64,000 nt of DNA, taken from contig OZ231126.1 of the NCBI GenBank assembly GCA_965153355.1, forward strand, positions 15,128,001-15,192,000. The letters run 5' to 3'. How positions within the stretch are numbered: position 1 is the first letter of the stretch; the number at the start of each line of letters is the position of its first letter. Below the pieces are notes generated by a model. The model had not been told where the DNA came from, did not search any database, and saw nothing but the letters and a program-made list of their open reading frames with translations. The position numbers were made by a program, and so were the translations under genes. This DNA is from Flaccisagitta enflata. Its lineage: Eukaryota. Below are positions 40,695 through 54,298 of this stretch, in pieces.

Positions 40695-41215
40695 TAAAAA
40701 GAACCTTTTTAGTCACGTGCTACGCGACTACACCCCACTGTCGGTCAATCCGTCAGTCCATCCCTCCACTGGTCCATTCGTCACACTTTACTTTTTCATT
40801 ATACTTTAAATCATTTTTAGTCATTCTAAGTCATTCTAAGTCATTCTAAGACACTCCAAGCCATTCTAAGTCATTCTAAGACACTCCAAGCCATTCTAAG
40901 TCATATTACACTACAATGAGTCACTTAAGTCAATTAAGTCAATTTGGTCGTTTAAGTCTTTTTAAGTCATTTCAAGTCGTCTTAAGTCATTTTAAGTCAT
41001 CTTGAATCACTGAAAGTTATCTTAAACTATTTATGTCCCGCACGCGACTTGTTTGTAAAAAAAAGAGATAGAGATAGCTACTAATAAAATAACAACAACA
41101 TTCCTAATTTTAGGGCATTTTCAAGCCTTGATGTTCTTTAAACTAGGTCCTTATAAAAGAAAAAGTGTAATCGCTCCAATATTAACGGTTTATTGCCCTC
41201 GAAGATTCTCATAGT

Positions 41216-41267
<52 letters not shown>

Positions 41268-42459
41268 TTACACATTAAGAAGGCGGATCGAGGGGTTGAT
41301 GAAGAGGTGATGAAGAGGAAGAGGATATATTGCCTGAGGAGGCCTGAGACTGAGGATTGTATCCCCCGAAAATGAATAGCGATTTAGCTTAGTCGAGCGA
41401 AAGCGAGAGGTAGAGGCGAGAGAAAAGGCGTCAAAATAACAGATTCGAGATTGCTCGCAGCTGTGATAGAGGTGACGGAGGAGTTGTTCAAAGGCGGTAG
41501 GTCGATTATATAGGAAGAAATATGAGAGTTTCGGAACCACGACCAGAGACTCTTTGAAAACCAGTGTAAGATGGAAATACAGCCAAATCCCACAGAGCAT
41601 CTTGCATGGGTCTGTAGCACAGTGGAGAACTAAGAATTTACATACTTTTTTCAGAAAACATTTTTGTTTCGAAGCCTTCAAAACAGATAGAGATAGCTAG
41701 TGATAAAATAACTACAACATTCTTATTTTCATTAGGGCATTTTGAAGCCTGGATGTTCTTAAAAACTAGATTCTTTAGAAAAGAGAAGTGCATACTAAGT
41801 TCCAATGGAAAAAGGGATTTCCACTGAAAAAGCCAAAAAAGGGCTCAACGTTGGAGAGATGTGGCCCTTGGAATCCAGATTCTAGCCTGGAGACCTAGGT
41901 TGTGGCCTAGGAGATCCAGAAACAAGCCTCAAATCCAAGCCTCAAATCCAAGCCTCAAATCCAAGCCTCAAATCCAAGCCTCAAATCCAAGCCTCAACCC
42001 AGAAACAGGCCTCTGAGACCCAAATCCAAGCCTCGACCTAGATCTAAGCCTCAACGACCCACATCCTGGCCTCTAAGATCCAGATTCTGGCCTCCAAAAG
42101 CTAGATCCTGAGATCTCAGACCTTTACCCTCATCCATGTCTCTGTGGCACCTGTCCCAGAAAGATGGATGAATGAATGAATGAAAAGAGATTTTTCCTAT
42201 GTTCTACAGAACTTTGTCCCCTTAGCACCCCACCTCCACCCCCACCCCACCTGACTAATTAGCCTACATTGCCCTATATTTAGCCCTTGCAGGCCTGAAA
42301 TCAGTCATAAGAGGCCCAAATCATCCCTCTCAGGCCCTCGACTTTCCCATTACTCCTAGGCCCAGAATCACCCCATTTAGGCCCAAAATCAGGTCTCTTG
42401 GGCCTTATATAAGCCATCCCAGAAAAAGGCCCTTAGAGTCCAGCAATAGGCCCTAAAAC

Positions 42460-44010
42460 TTAATAGGTCGCCCAAGGGCAATATGTGGTCAGCGATACCT
42501 GTTGCCCAGCTTTGCATGATTGTGAATTGGAATGAGAGGAAGCAGAGCATCGGCCTTGAAGGGGAGAAAATCCTGTAGAACAGTGACTTTTGTTCGTCCA
42601 TTTGTTTGTTCATCTGTTTGTCTGTCTCCCCCAGGCCCTCCCAGGCCTGAAATCTATCCTCTCAGGCCTGAAATCTACTCTCTCAGGCCTGAAATCTGCC
42701 CTCACAGGCCTGAAATTATCCCTCTCAGGCTTTGAATCTGATAGGGTATCTTTAAGGGCTGAGAGGACAGGTTCAAGGCCTGAGAGGGCAGATTTCAGGC
42801 CTGATTTGGGGTCTGAAAGGCCTGATTTGAGGTGGGGAGGGGAGTGATGGAACATTACATGGGAATAGCAGCCCAAAGGCAGTAAGTGGTCAGCGGCATC
42901 CGTGCCCTGCTTGAGTAGTGTGTGATTTATGTTGAGGGGGAGCAGGGCAGCGGCCCCGAAGGGGACGAAGTCCTGTAGAACACAGGGGGAATCAGTCTGT
43001 CCGTCCGTCCGTCCGCCGTCCATCCATCTGTTTGTCCCCCTCCACCCCATCCTCAGGGCTTTGTCTCCTTTGGAGCCTATTCTGACCCAAATAATGCCAA
43101 ATAGCCCAAATCCAAGCAATATAGCCAAAATCTAAGCAAAATGGCCCAAATCCAAGCATAATGGCCCAAATCTAAGCAAAATGGTCCTAATTTGGTCAGA
43201 ATCTAGGTATTGGAGAACACTATATAGATCTAAGGGGCCAAAATGATGTACTTCGGGCCAGATTTGGGCCATTTTGCTTGGATTTGGGCCATTTTGCTTG
43301 GATTTGGGCCATTATACTTGGATTTGGGCCATTTTGCTTAGATTTTGGCCACATTGCTTGGATTTGGGCTGTGTGGCATTATTTGGGTCAGAATAGGCCC
43401 CAAAGGAGACGAAGCCCTTAGGATGGGGCGGGGGGGACGGACGGACGGACATACGTACGAACGGACAGATTCCCCCTGTGTTCTACAGGACTTCGTCCCC
43501 TTCGGGGCCGCTGCCCAAAAATTGCCCTATGTGGAACCATAAGTCATCAACCCCTCCGGGGCGACTGCCCAACCTCTTAGGTCCCAATTTAGCCCATCCA
43601 TTTTATCCATTCCCTGTTGATTCAGCCTACCAATTCCCCCTTTCAGGCCTCAAATCTACCCTTAGGTTATCCCTCATGCATCATACCTACCCTTTTGGGC
43701 AGCAGTCCCTAAGGGGCCAATGACCTATGCTGTCACACATGAGGAAATTTCTCCTCTTTCTCCTCCTTCTTTGTCCACCCCCCCTCACCTTAAAGATCCA
43801 AAACCTCCCAAATTTCGCCAATATCAGCCAAATTTGGTTAATTTCTGCTACTTTCTTTGAAATTTTGCCAAATTCCACTAATTTCTGCCAATTTCTGCCA
43901 AAATTTGCCAAATTTGGCTAAATTCTGCCTTATTTTGCCCTTGTGTCCTACAGGACATCAGCCCTTCGGGACCACCCCCCTGCTCTCACAACTTCTTCAG
44001 CTTCATCAAT
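42460..44010. mobile_element. Cluster of HINE family B copies (best preserved: 42864-43521, minus strand)
   Basis: Repeated GGGCAGCGGCCCCGAAGGGGACGAAGTCCTGTAGAACACAGGGG subTIRs, with different internal 21-bp inverted minisatellites. Confidence 0.7.
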
Positions 44011-46292
44011 TGGTTTTTTTTTCCTCTTTTTGGGGCAGCGATCCAGAGGTTATGTAACAGGGGGACCATCATTCATTCCCCTCATCTTTTGACCATTGTT
44101 TGAAATGTTTTGCAAGAAAATTGGTTTTGATTGCCTAATAACGACCATGTGTTAATGACCATGTGTTAATATGCCAAGATTCCAAACCGGTATGTGGATA
44201 GCTCCATAGGGTCTCATTTTAAAGTAAAGAATTTCATGAATTTCCGATTATTATTGAATTTTTCATGTAGAAAATTGTGTCTTTTTTTCTTACAAAATTT
44301 GTTAAGGCTCAACGCAGAGCAAATTTGACGCAATACAAGCCAAGAGAAGCGCAATTTCACTGGGACTTCCCACACGCAGGACGGTCGCTGGATGAGCGCT
44401 GCAAAATAATATGTGAGGCGCCACTGCGCCAGGCAACTGCGAGCGCGGTCTCGGCCGATCAACGAAAGCCAGAGAAGAGGCGCTTTTCTATACACAGCCG
44501 TCTCGTTTTTGTATGTGTGGGAGGGAGGGACAGGGAGTGAGAGAAAAGGAGATTTTTTTTCACATTTTTCATCGGTTGGAGAGAGAGAGAGAGAGAGAGA
44601 GAAAGAAAATTCAGTCAGGTCAGTGATACTCTATACATTTTTTGAAAGCTTTTTTGACATTCTAGGTCTGCGACGTCGACCCCAATTAAATGATTTTGGG
44701 ACACCATATATTCATTAACTGAATCTCGAGACAGTAGAAACACATAAGATGAGTATAGTAATTGCACCAGTAGCAATATTAACACTTTAAGAGATATGAG
44801 CGTGAGATCTGTCATGATTTTAAGAACAAAATAAGATTATACCCAGGCTGAAATTTATATGAAAATTGTTTCAAGATAATAAATGACATTTGTTCAATTT
44901 TTTTGAAAAAGTTGGTAGGTTTTCTAAAAAAGATAACCTTTTTGTTGGTTTCGCCTGTAAAAGGAAGCAAGAATAAGTTGTTAAATAAAGATACATAGAA
45001 TGTTACTAAGTAATGTATTCACATATCTTTTTGTATATTTTACAGATAGGACAAATTGAGATCAGTTTAAGAGAATTTGAGCCTCAAAAGGGCAAAAAAT
45101 CTAAGAGAACCCAGGATGAGTTTAAAACAAAGTATCTTATAAGTGTAAACCTCCCCCCTTCATTTAATGCCGCCTCTCCTATTTTTCACCCCTTCAGCCT
45201 CCAGAATAACAGTGAAAAAATTTTTTAAGAAGAAATGAGAAAATATATACCATTTTTTGTGGGAAAAGGTGTTTTTATACAAAGTAAGCAATGCCTTCCA
45301 ATGTATATCATACATTGTGAAAACTCTTAGCTTCCCTTATCTCAACGTTTTTATAACTAAGGAAAAAAAAATTTACAATGGTTTGAAGATATAGAGGGGC
45401 GGTAATTAGAGGGTAAAGTGAGAATGATTTTTTTCAAATGCGCCCAGGGGCCCAGAAAAAAAAGCGCCCAAGGACACAAAAATTGGTTTAGCCCCAAAAA
45501 CCTCTGGATGGAATTAAGTGATAGATCTATGCAAAGTTCTCAGTCGCAAGCAGTTTTAAATTGATAAACAGACAGACCAATTAATACGATGTAGAATTGG
45601 CGCAATAACCATAAAGGAGCGACTAAATTGGAAGAAGAAAAAATGGAGGGAAAGGGAAGAAGAAAGTTGATAGATAAAAACGGGCAAAGGTAACTAGTCA
45701 TCTAAAGATGGCATATATTAAGCCAATAAAATAAGGCGAGAAAAGCCAGTAACTCCAAAGAACCAATGTTGTAAAATGTATGCGACATGGGGTTTAATTT
45801 CCAGATGCTTGTCAGGGGCGCCGGGATAAGCCTAAATAGATATGGATTTGGCCCAGATATGAATTTGGCTGAGGTGTGGGATGAGAGCTATGAAACAGAC
45901 ATACAGAAGTTAAAGACCAAACATAAGGTAGATGGTAGAAGGTCAGCTGGTAGAAGGCCTAAGAGGTCACATTTGTAGAAAGTTGAGCACCGAGTGAATT
46001 CATCAATTTCCAAACATCGACCGAAACAGCTACTTGTAGACACGCTCTGGAGCACATGAAAAAATTGACCCATTTGTACCATTGATGAAAAAAAATTGTA
46101 AAGCTATGAATTTTTTTCACTAAAAGCGGATTCCCGACAAGAATCATCCTAGAATGATTAAAAAAAAACAGAATGAGACAGTCAAAAAGAAAGAAAAACA
46201 GAAGTTGCTTGAAAGATAGTGCTTTTAAAGAAACACCATCTAAATGAGAGAGAGTTGAGAGAGAGAGTTGAGAGAGAGAGTTGAGAGAGAGA

Positions 46293-46342
<50 letters not shown>

Positions 46343-46439
46343 GTCACGATCGTCAGCGCGGAGAGGAGAAAGAATAGCGCCTCCTAAAAATTTTCTCTCT
46401 TCCCTTCTCTCTATCCCTCTCCTCAGGATTCTTAGGACC

Positions 46440-46491
<52 letters not shown>

Positions 46492-47100
46492 CTGGGTATT
46501 CAATCGAGGGTGAGAAGAGAAGGATTTGGGATCAATTCATGATGACTGTCACACGTCGCGGTAGATCAATCCAGCCATGGAGAGGAGTTGACTGGAGGGC
46601 ATGACCATTGACCATGGAATTATTTCCATCAGCTAGATCTCAAAATTTCTCTCGTGGGAAAGGGGAAGACAGACTTACAGGGTTACATCAATAATGGAAA
46701 AAATTGCTGCAGCTCTCTGAAACGTTTTTAAGACTCAAAATTCACTTTGTATTCCGGCCTGAAACATCCTCCTGAAGGTTTCAATTTACCCCTCGCGCCC
46801 CTCTATACAAAATCCTCTGGTCTCTCGACCCCACATTTCTTCACATGCTTTTCTGCTGCAGCTCCTGCTAAAGATTTCTAGGCCTGCCGTTGTTGCTGCT
46901 GCCCCTGTTACAGCGGCGCAAACTGAATAAATGCCGACCCCTGCCGCTCGCACTTCGGTGCGTAACACAATCGGCGATTGTTGCCACTTTTGACAAAGGG
47001 TTTTTTGTTGTCGAGCCCTCAAACAATTGGGAACCAGAGTGATAAAAGCAGGCATGTATAAAGTTGAGTATCAAAATCAAAACGTTAGGAGAAGGAAAAA

Positions 47101-47264
47101 AACAAGGCCGGATACACGGCCACCAGTTGCGGACAGGTGGGCAGGGGCGGAAATGCGCGTTTTCCCACTTTTTGACTCGATCATTACGGACCGACGTACG
47201 GACCAACGGATGGACAGACCGACGGACAAAGCCTCTTATAAAGTTGCGTGTCCGCAACTAAAAA
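47101..47264 (-). mobile_element. Compact, intact HINE family A copy
   Basis: It has an 11-bp subTIR (AGTTGCGGACA / TGTCCGCAACT), a 5' hairpin, a GTCC tract, the 3' hairpin GGCCGTGTATCCGGCC and T-rich flanks. Confidence 0.8.
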
Positions 47265-47906
47265 GAATTTTAAAATCTATTTACATTTTTGGTCATTCCA
47301 ACAGATGATATTTGATTACTGCAACACAATTTAATACTATTTTGACTCGGATTTTACCATATTTATACTATATGGTGATGAAAATCAAACAATTCTTCAA
47401 TTGGCCGAAAAGGAAATCAAAGACCAGGGGGGGGGGAATGTTATCAAAAGCCACTCAACTTTATACACCACTGGAAAGAACCTCAATTCATCTCACCAAT
47501 AAAATGAACAAATATGCCTCTAGATTATATGTAGTGATGAGAGGAAAGATTCAATTACCTGCTAATAGATGCCATAAAAAGTTGTGGACAAGCATTCGTC
47601 GCATTCGTCTCATTAAATGGTTTAGAGGACAAGTTCATTACCATATAACTTGTTTCAGGACGTTTAAGTTAGCGAAAGACAACATTAATTGATAAAAAAC
47701 AGCAATCTACTACATCCCGTCATGAAAACCACATCTGTGACAATATGCATTTATGAAGATAAGGGAGGCTAGCAATTTTTATGAAGATTGCATCTATTAT
47801 TGAATGCAACATCCATCTCTTAAGCCAGCATCTGTTTGCACCGTCTGTATAGGAACAGAACCTTTATGAACACAATGATTCTAAAGACATGATAATAGAG
47901 GTAATA

Positions 47907-48728
47907 CCAGTAATGGCGGCTGTCGCCGTGAGGAAAAAAGTCGTAAGCATTGGTCTCTTTTCACCAAGCTTTTATCTTTAGTCACTGCAAATCTTTTTTT
48001 CAGTTAGATCAAATCAAGAGCAATTGTACGTATTGATTGCACTGAAAATCAGAGAAAAAAAGGACTGAGCCAAATGAGCTAGATGAGCTAAAATGCTCAA
48101 AACCACTCAACCAGACAATCGGCTATGCTTACTGACATGCTTTCTTGTATTTACATGCTCCCATCAAAACACTTATTTGTCCCATTAAAAATCAGAAAAG
48201 AAAGACAGCTAAATGAGCTAAGTAAGCTAAAATGCTTAAAAACACCCTCACAGATGAGCAGTTATGCCCACTGATATGCTTTTTGTATCTGCTTTCTTAA
48301 ACATATATAAAAATATTTTTTCATTTATCACATTTAAATAAAAAAAAGAAACTGAGCTAAATGAGCTAGAATTCTCCTCACAGATGAGCAGCAATGCTCA
48401 TAAACATGATTTGTTGTATTTGCATGCTCAAACAAACATAGATACACTCCTTTTTTGATCCTACTCAAAATCATAAAAAATCGAAAAAAATTGAATTCAC
48501 AATTTTCATAAATAAATCTTTAAAAAATCATAGCGCGAAAAATATTTGTCGTAGAGAATTCTGCTTGGTGCCAAATGAAAGAGAATAATCAAATTTACTT
48601 ACCCTATAAATTTCATTGGAGGCCCCAATCAGCCGGATGAGATGCACAACTTTCTCATAAGAAAATGAAAACCCTGTTTCTCTCGAATATGTCAAAAAGT
48701 CGAAGACTGACTTCGACTTTTTTCCCGA
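47907..48728 (-). mobile_element. Helitron-like family H, copy 4 (uninterrupted)
   Basis: The reverse complement reads A|TCGGGAAAAAAGTCG...CGACTTTTTTCCTCACGGCGACAGCCGCCATTACTGG|T. Confidence 0.82.
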
Positions 48729-49607
48729 TCAGCTGGCTAACGACATCCATCATAATAAGGCCGGGTACACGCCTGCCCCAGTAGTGTACCGAGGTCACGA
48801 GTATTTGTGCAGGAGCAGTGAGGCCTAATTCCGCAAAAACCGCAAAAAAAGTAAAGGTAAATGGTGACAGACGGACGGACAAAAAAGGGTGAGGAATCAC
48901 GTAGCACGCGACTAAAATGGATAGCAGACCGCAGTCCATCGTATTGAGCAAACCCCAAAAATGACAACTTTCTAAATCAGTTTGTGGTTGTCAGTAAAAC
49001 TTTTCAGACACAAACTCACCACAAAGCTTATCAAAGTTTGCTGCAGATTATCTATATCTGGTCGATAAGTCTCAAAGCCAACATTAACCTAACATCAGAA
49101 ATCTGCTCACAGCCGAGAACAATGCTACTTGGTAAGTGAGCCAAGGGTACGTCGTTAGAAAGAAAAGACCGACCATGTTTCAAAACTGAAGGATTACTTC
49201 AACAGTTTGTCCCACATGATTAAAAGTAATACATCATCGCACAGTAGTGGAAGAGAAACCTCGGAGACCGGCGCTCCAACATCGCAAGGCCTCACTAGAC
49301 GATTCAACCCACATTTTTGCCCTGATCCGTCCTCGTCCAACCAAAATAAATTCCTTCTTTAATACATTTTTTTAAAGAACACACAACGGATTGGTCTGAT
49401 ACTTATGAGTTCTGGCCAAAACTTTTAACAGCGATGTACTAAGTTGAAAATACATGTAACCCTACAAACTTGAAGTTGAGATCATGAAATAAGGGCTTTG
49501 GGTCCAGAATGTAAGATGATCAATACTGAAGAATTCGCCACATTTTTTAACTAAAAATTACAAACGCCACTTTCATTAGCGATACCATAAAGCTATGTGG
49601 TGGTAAT

Positions 49608-49639
<32 letters not shown>

Positions 49640-49645
<6 letters not shown>

Positions 49646-49833
49646 CGCTCTGCCGCGCCTTAATGCATCTGGTTCACCGCGGCGGCGGCGCCCAGAACGC
49701 TTACCAACGCGTATTTCGAATCAAAATCTCGAACGTTGACGGAGGTGACGGCGAAAAAGGCGACGACGACGGCGAATCAAAAAAGACGAAGGCGTTAGAG
49801 CGTGGCGTTCGATAATCGCTGGTTGAACCAAAT

Positions 49834-49840
<7 letters not shown>
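49640..49840 (-). promoter_or_regulatory. CpG-rich island between (GA)n and (TC)n tracts; candidate promoter / first non-coding exon of the minus-strand gene
   Basis: CpG density is high against an AT-rich background. A consensus donor G|gtaagc sits at 49704 on the minus strand. There is no repeat structure inside the island. Confidence 0.35.
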
Positions 49841-49895
<55 letters not shown>

Positions 49896-51179
49896 TCAGA
49901 ATCAGTACGTCCTGTCTTGATCTAGAGTTGAAATTTGATGAGAACATGGGTGGTATCTGGCAATCCAAACGGCAATGACGATGATTCATTTGTGTCTCAG
50001 CAGTGTACCCGTCAATGATTGAACACTAGTTCTACTGAGGACAGTACTGTAATCATAAGCCAAATTAGCAGCAGATTTAATAGGCTGTCGCACCACCTGA
50101 TTCAGTTGGCTGTCAAACCACCTGATTCAGCAAGCTGTCACTTAGCCTGGTTCAGTAAGCTATCACTTCACCTTGTTCAACAAGTCATCATTTTAACTTG
50201 TTCGGCAAGCTGTCATTTCGCCTTGATTGGCAGCTGTCACTTCATCCAGTTCAGAAAGCAGCCACTTCTATGTATTCTGCAGGCAATCACTTAGCCTTGT
50301 TTCGCAGGGGTGTCGCAGACTTGTTTTGCAAACTCCGTCTTCTTGGATGCTTCCTCGCATATCTATGATGGGCTGTGTCCGTTGGTTTGTTGGTTGGTCG
50401 GTTGGTTTGTTGGTTGGTCGGTCAGTAACGCATTCTTAAAAGCATCAGAATCTTGTGTTTTTTCAACAGAAGTGGTATCAATTCAGTAAAAGAAGCATAC
50501 ATTGAATAATTCATTCATTAAACTTTCATTCATTCATAAGATGACATTCATTCATAGAAAAACATTCATTCATAAAAAAATTTGTAAAAAACATTTATTC
50601 ATAAAAAACATTCATTCATAAAAAACTGCAAACTTCCATTTATTCCACTTCTGTCACCTTGCTTTGTTTTGCAAACTGTCACTTTGGCTTGTTAAACTGT
50701 CACTACCTTTTTGACAAACTGTCACTTCGCTCTGCTTAACAAACTGTCTCATATTCTTTTTTTGAAAACTTTCACATAACCTTAAACAACGAACTCACTT
50801 TTCCTAGTTCGGAGAAATCGTGTTGCCTTGTCTAGCAAGCTGTCAATTTATCATGATCATCAAACAGCTAGAGTATGATTGTGACAGTGACTTTGTTTTG
50901 AAAACCCACTGCCCCTCCCCAACCCCCGCGATTGATTGTACCTCTTGTCTTATTCTAATCATGAAATTATATTGATCATTTGTTTCATGCCTTCGTTTTC
51001 AGACTGGATTGAAACCTTCCAGATATCACTACCTACACAACCCTCATCCAGGGAGAGCAAATTGAAGTCAAGAATCTGGGGCGAGCCCCAGTTAAACGAA
51101 TAGTTTTCGTCGGTGACTATGAGGTGGACCTGATCGTGTAGTCTGTTTGTCTGTTGTTTAAAACCTTCTCATATCTTTT

Positions 51180-51780
51180 GAACCAGACTTCAGAAGTTCA
51201 TGAAACTTTACCAGTGTTATTTTTATGTCAATGGGAGCTTGTGTACCAATTTTCAGAAAAATTCATTAACTTTTACTACCCTTTGCCTATTATTTTTGTA
51301 GTAATATTATACTGGACTTAGGCAATTGACATAGGTAGAGGGTAGTAAATCTATGTGAATTTTTTTTAAATTTGGTATACAAGTAAAGGTTACTAAATAA
51401 ACAACCCCTGCAAAATTCGAATTAAATCCAAAGTCTGGTTTATGAGATATTAGCTTATTTATGTAGTAGTATGTTACTATGACTTAGGCAGTTTACATAG
51501 GCAAAGGGTAGCAAAGTTATGTGAATTTTTTTCTTATTTGGTACACAAGTAGGGGGTAGTAAATAAATAACCCCTGCAAAATTCGAATTGAATCTGAAGT
51601 CTGGTTTCTGAGATATTAGCTTATTTATGTAGTAATATGTTACTATGACTAAAGCAGTTTACATAGGCAAAGGGTAGCAAAGTTATGTGAATTCTTTTTT
51701 AATTTGGCATACAAGTAAAGGATATTTATTGAACTGCCCCTGCAAAATTCGAATTAAATCTGAAGTCTGGTTTACCAATA
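51180..51780. repeat. Tandem repeat of about 166 bp (about 3 units) plus one inverted unit, probably the interior of a rolling-circle element
   Basis: CCTGCAAAATTCGAATT recurs at about 51406, 51572 and 51739. An inverted homologue lies at about 51180-51310. Confidence 0.7.
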
Positions 51781-51988
51781 AAGGCGGCTCTCGCCGGCTG
51801 GAAAAAAGTCGTAAATGGGAGTCTTTTTTTTCATTGCATCTTCTTCTTTGTGCATCTCATGATGTCTGGTTGACTGCCACCTGTTTTTGTTATTCCATCT
51901 GTCTCTCTGCGTCTCTTTTTTGGTCTTCCTTTGTCTTTGAGTGTGTGCGTGTGTGCTTGCGCGTGAGTGTGTCTCTCTCGTTTTTTTT

Positions 51989-52060
<72 letters not shown>

Positions 52061-52086
52061 CCTCTCTCCCTCTCTCCCCTCTCTCC

Positions 52087-52199
<113 letters not shown>

Positions 52200-52804
52200 T
52201 TCTATGTGTGTGTGTGTATGTGTGTGTGGGGGGAGTGTGTGTCTCTCTCTGTCTTTCTCTTTTCCTTTCTATTTTCTTTCTCTCTCTGTCTCTCTCTGTT
52301 TCTCTCTCTCAAGCAGAATAAAATGCAAAAGCAAGCGTCATAAAACTCAGGGTCAATTTGTGTAACATCCTGTTTCTTCTGTCTTGTTACATAGGGACCG
52401 AAAAATAGGATCAATGAAAAATCTCGATTTTCGCAAAAATGCAAAAAAATAAAAAAAGATTAAAAATTCATAGCGCCTAAACTAATGATCGTAGAGACCC
52501 AGGTCCAGGTTGAAAAATTTGAAAAATAAGCTCTTTCTTAGCTGTGAATAAATAAATGTGTCATCCCAGGCAGGAAATGGCTCAACTTCTCAAGTGCTCC
52601 AGGTGAAAATGGAAAACCCGATTCTCTGCGTTTCAAAAAGTCGAATTCGTAATTAGACTTTTTCAATAAGATATTAGGCTTATTAGTGTAGTAATGTTAC
52701 TGGACTCGAAGTGATTTATATGAAGTTGGAGTTGATGAATTCTTTTACTTGCTCATTTATTACATTCTGATTTTTCTTTAGGTTTGCCATCATGGATTTC
52801 AAGA

Positions 52805-54298
52805 TTCATCTTCAGCTTCTGTCATCATCTTCAACTACTGTCATCATCTTCCTACTGTCATCATCTTCAACTACTGTCATCATCTTCAACTTCTGTCATC
52901 ATCTTCAACTACTGTCATCATCTTCAAGTTACTGTCATCATCTTCAATCTGTCATCATCTTTAACTACTGTCATCATCTTCAACTCTGTCATCATCTTCA
53001 TCTGTCATCATCTTCAACTACTGTCATCATCTTCAACTTCTGTCATCATCTTCAACTACTGTCATCATCTTCAACTACTGTCATCATCTTCAACTACTGT
53101 CATCATCTTCAACTACTGTCATCATCTTCAACTACTGTCATCATCTTCAACTACTGTCATCATCTTCAACTACTGTCATCATCTTCAACTACTGTCATCA
53201 TCTTCAACTACTGTCATCATCTTCAATCACTGTCATCATCTTCAACTACTGTCATCATCTTCAACTACTGTCATCATCTTCAACTACTGTCATCATCTTC
53301 AACCACTGTCATCATCTTCAACACATCATCATCTTCCTTCTGTCATCATCTTCCTTCCTGTCATCATCTTCAACTACTGTCATCATCTTCAACTTCTGTC
53401 ATCATCCTCAACTACTGTCATCATCCTCAACTTACTGTCATCATCCTCAACTACTGTCATCATCTTCAACTACTGTCATCATCTTCAACTACTGTCATCA
53501 TCTTCAACTACTGTCATCATCCTCAACTACTGTCATCATCTTCAACTACTGTCATCATCTTCAACTACTGTCATCATCTCCTTCTGTCATCATCTCCTTC
53601 TGTCATCATCTCCAACTACATGTCATCTCCAGCTACTGTCATCATCTTCAACTACTGTCATCATCTTCAGCTTCTGTCATCATCTTCAACTACTGTCATC
53701 ATCTTCTTTTCTGTCATCATCTTCACTACTGTAACATCATCTTCAACTACTGTCATCATCTTCAACTACTGTCATCATCTTCAACTACTGTCATCATCTT
53801 CTCCTACTGTCATCATCTTCAACTTCTGTCATCATCTTCAACTACTGTCATCATCTTCAACTACTGTCATCATCTTCACTTCTGTCATCATCTTCAACTA
53901 CTGTCATCATCTTCAACTACTGTCATCATCTTCACTCTGTCATCATCTTCAACTACTGTCATCATCTTCAACTACTGTCATCATCTTCAGCTTCTGTCAT
54001 CATCTTCAGCTTCTGTCATCATCTTCAACTACTGTCATCATCTTCAACTACTGTCATCATCTTCAACTACTGTCATCATCTTCAACTACTGTCATCATCT
54101 TCAACTACTGTCATCATCTTCAACTACTGTCATCATCTTCAATCACTGTCATCATCTTCAACTACTGTCATCATCTTCAACTACTGTCATCATCTTCAAC
54201 TACTGTCATCATCTTCAACTACTGTCATCATCTTTAACTACTGTCATCATCTTCATCTACTGTCATTATCCTCTATTACTGTCATCATCTTCGACTAC
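52805..54298. repeat. 19-bp minisatellite (CTACTGTCATCATCTTCAA)n
   Basis: Seen directly; it explains the 19-aa periodic ORFs. Confidence 0.95.

Noticed and set aside
41065..41790. Diverged direct repeats of about 105 bp (41065, 41688) flanking unique sequence, as a TRIM/LTR element
   Set aside because: No TG...CA ends, TSD, PBS or PPT are recognisable; an old local duplication is more likely.
52784..54237. Long ORFs of 316-481 aa
   Set aside because: They arise from a stop-free 19-bp minisatellite, and the same peptide cycles through all frames.
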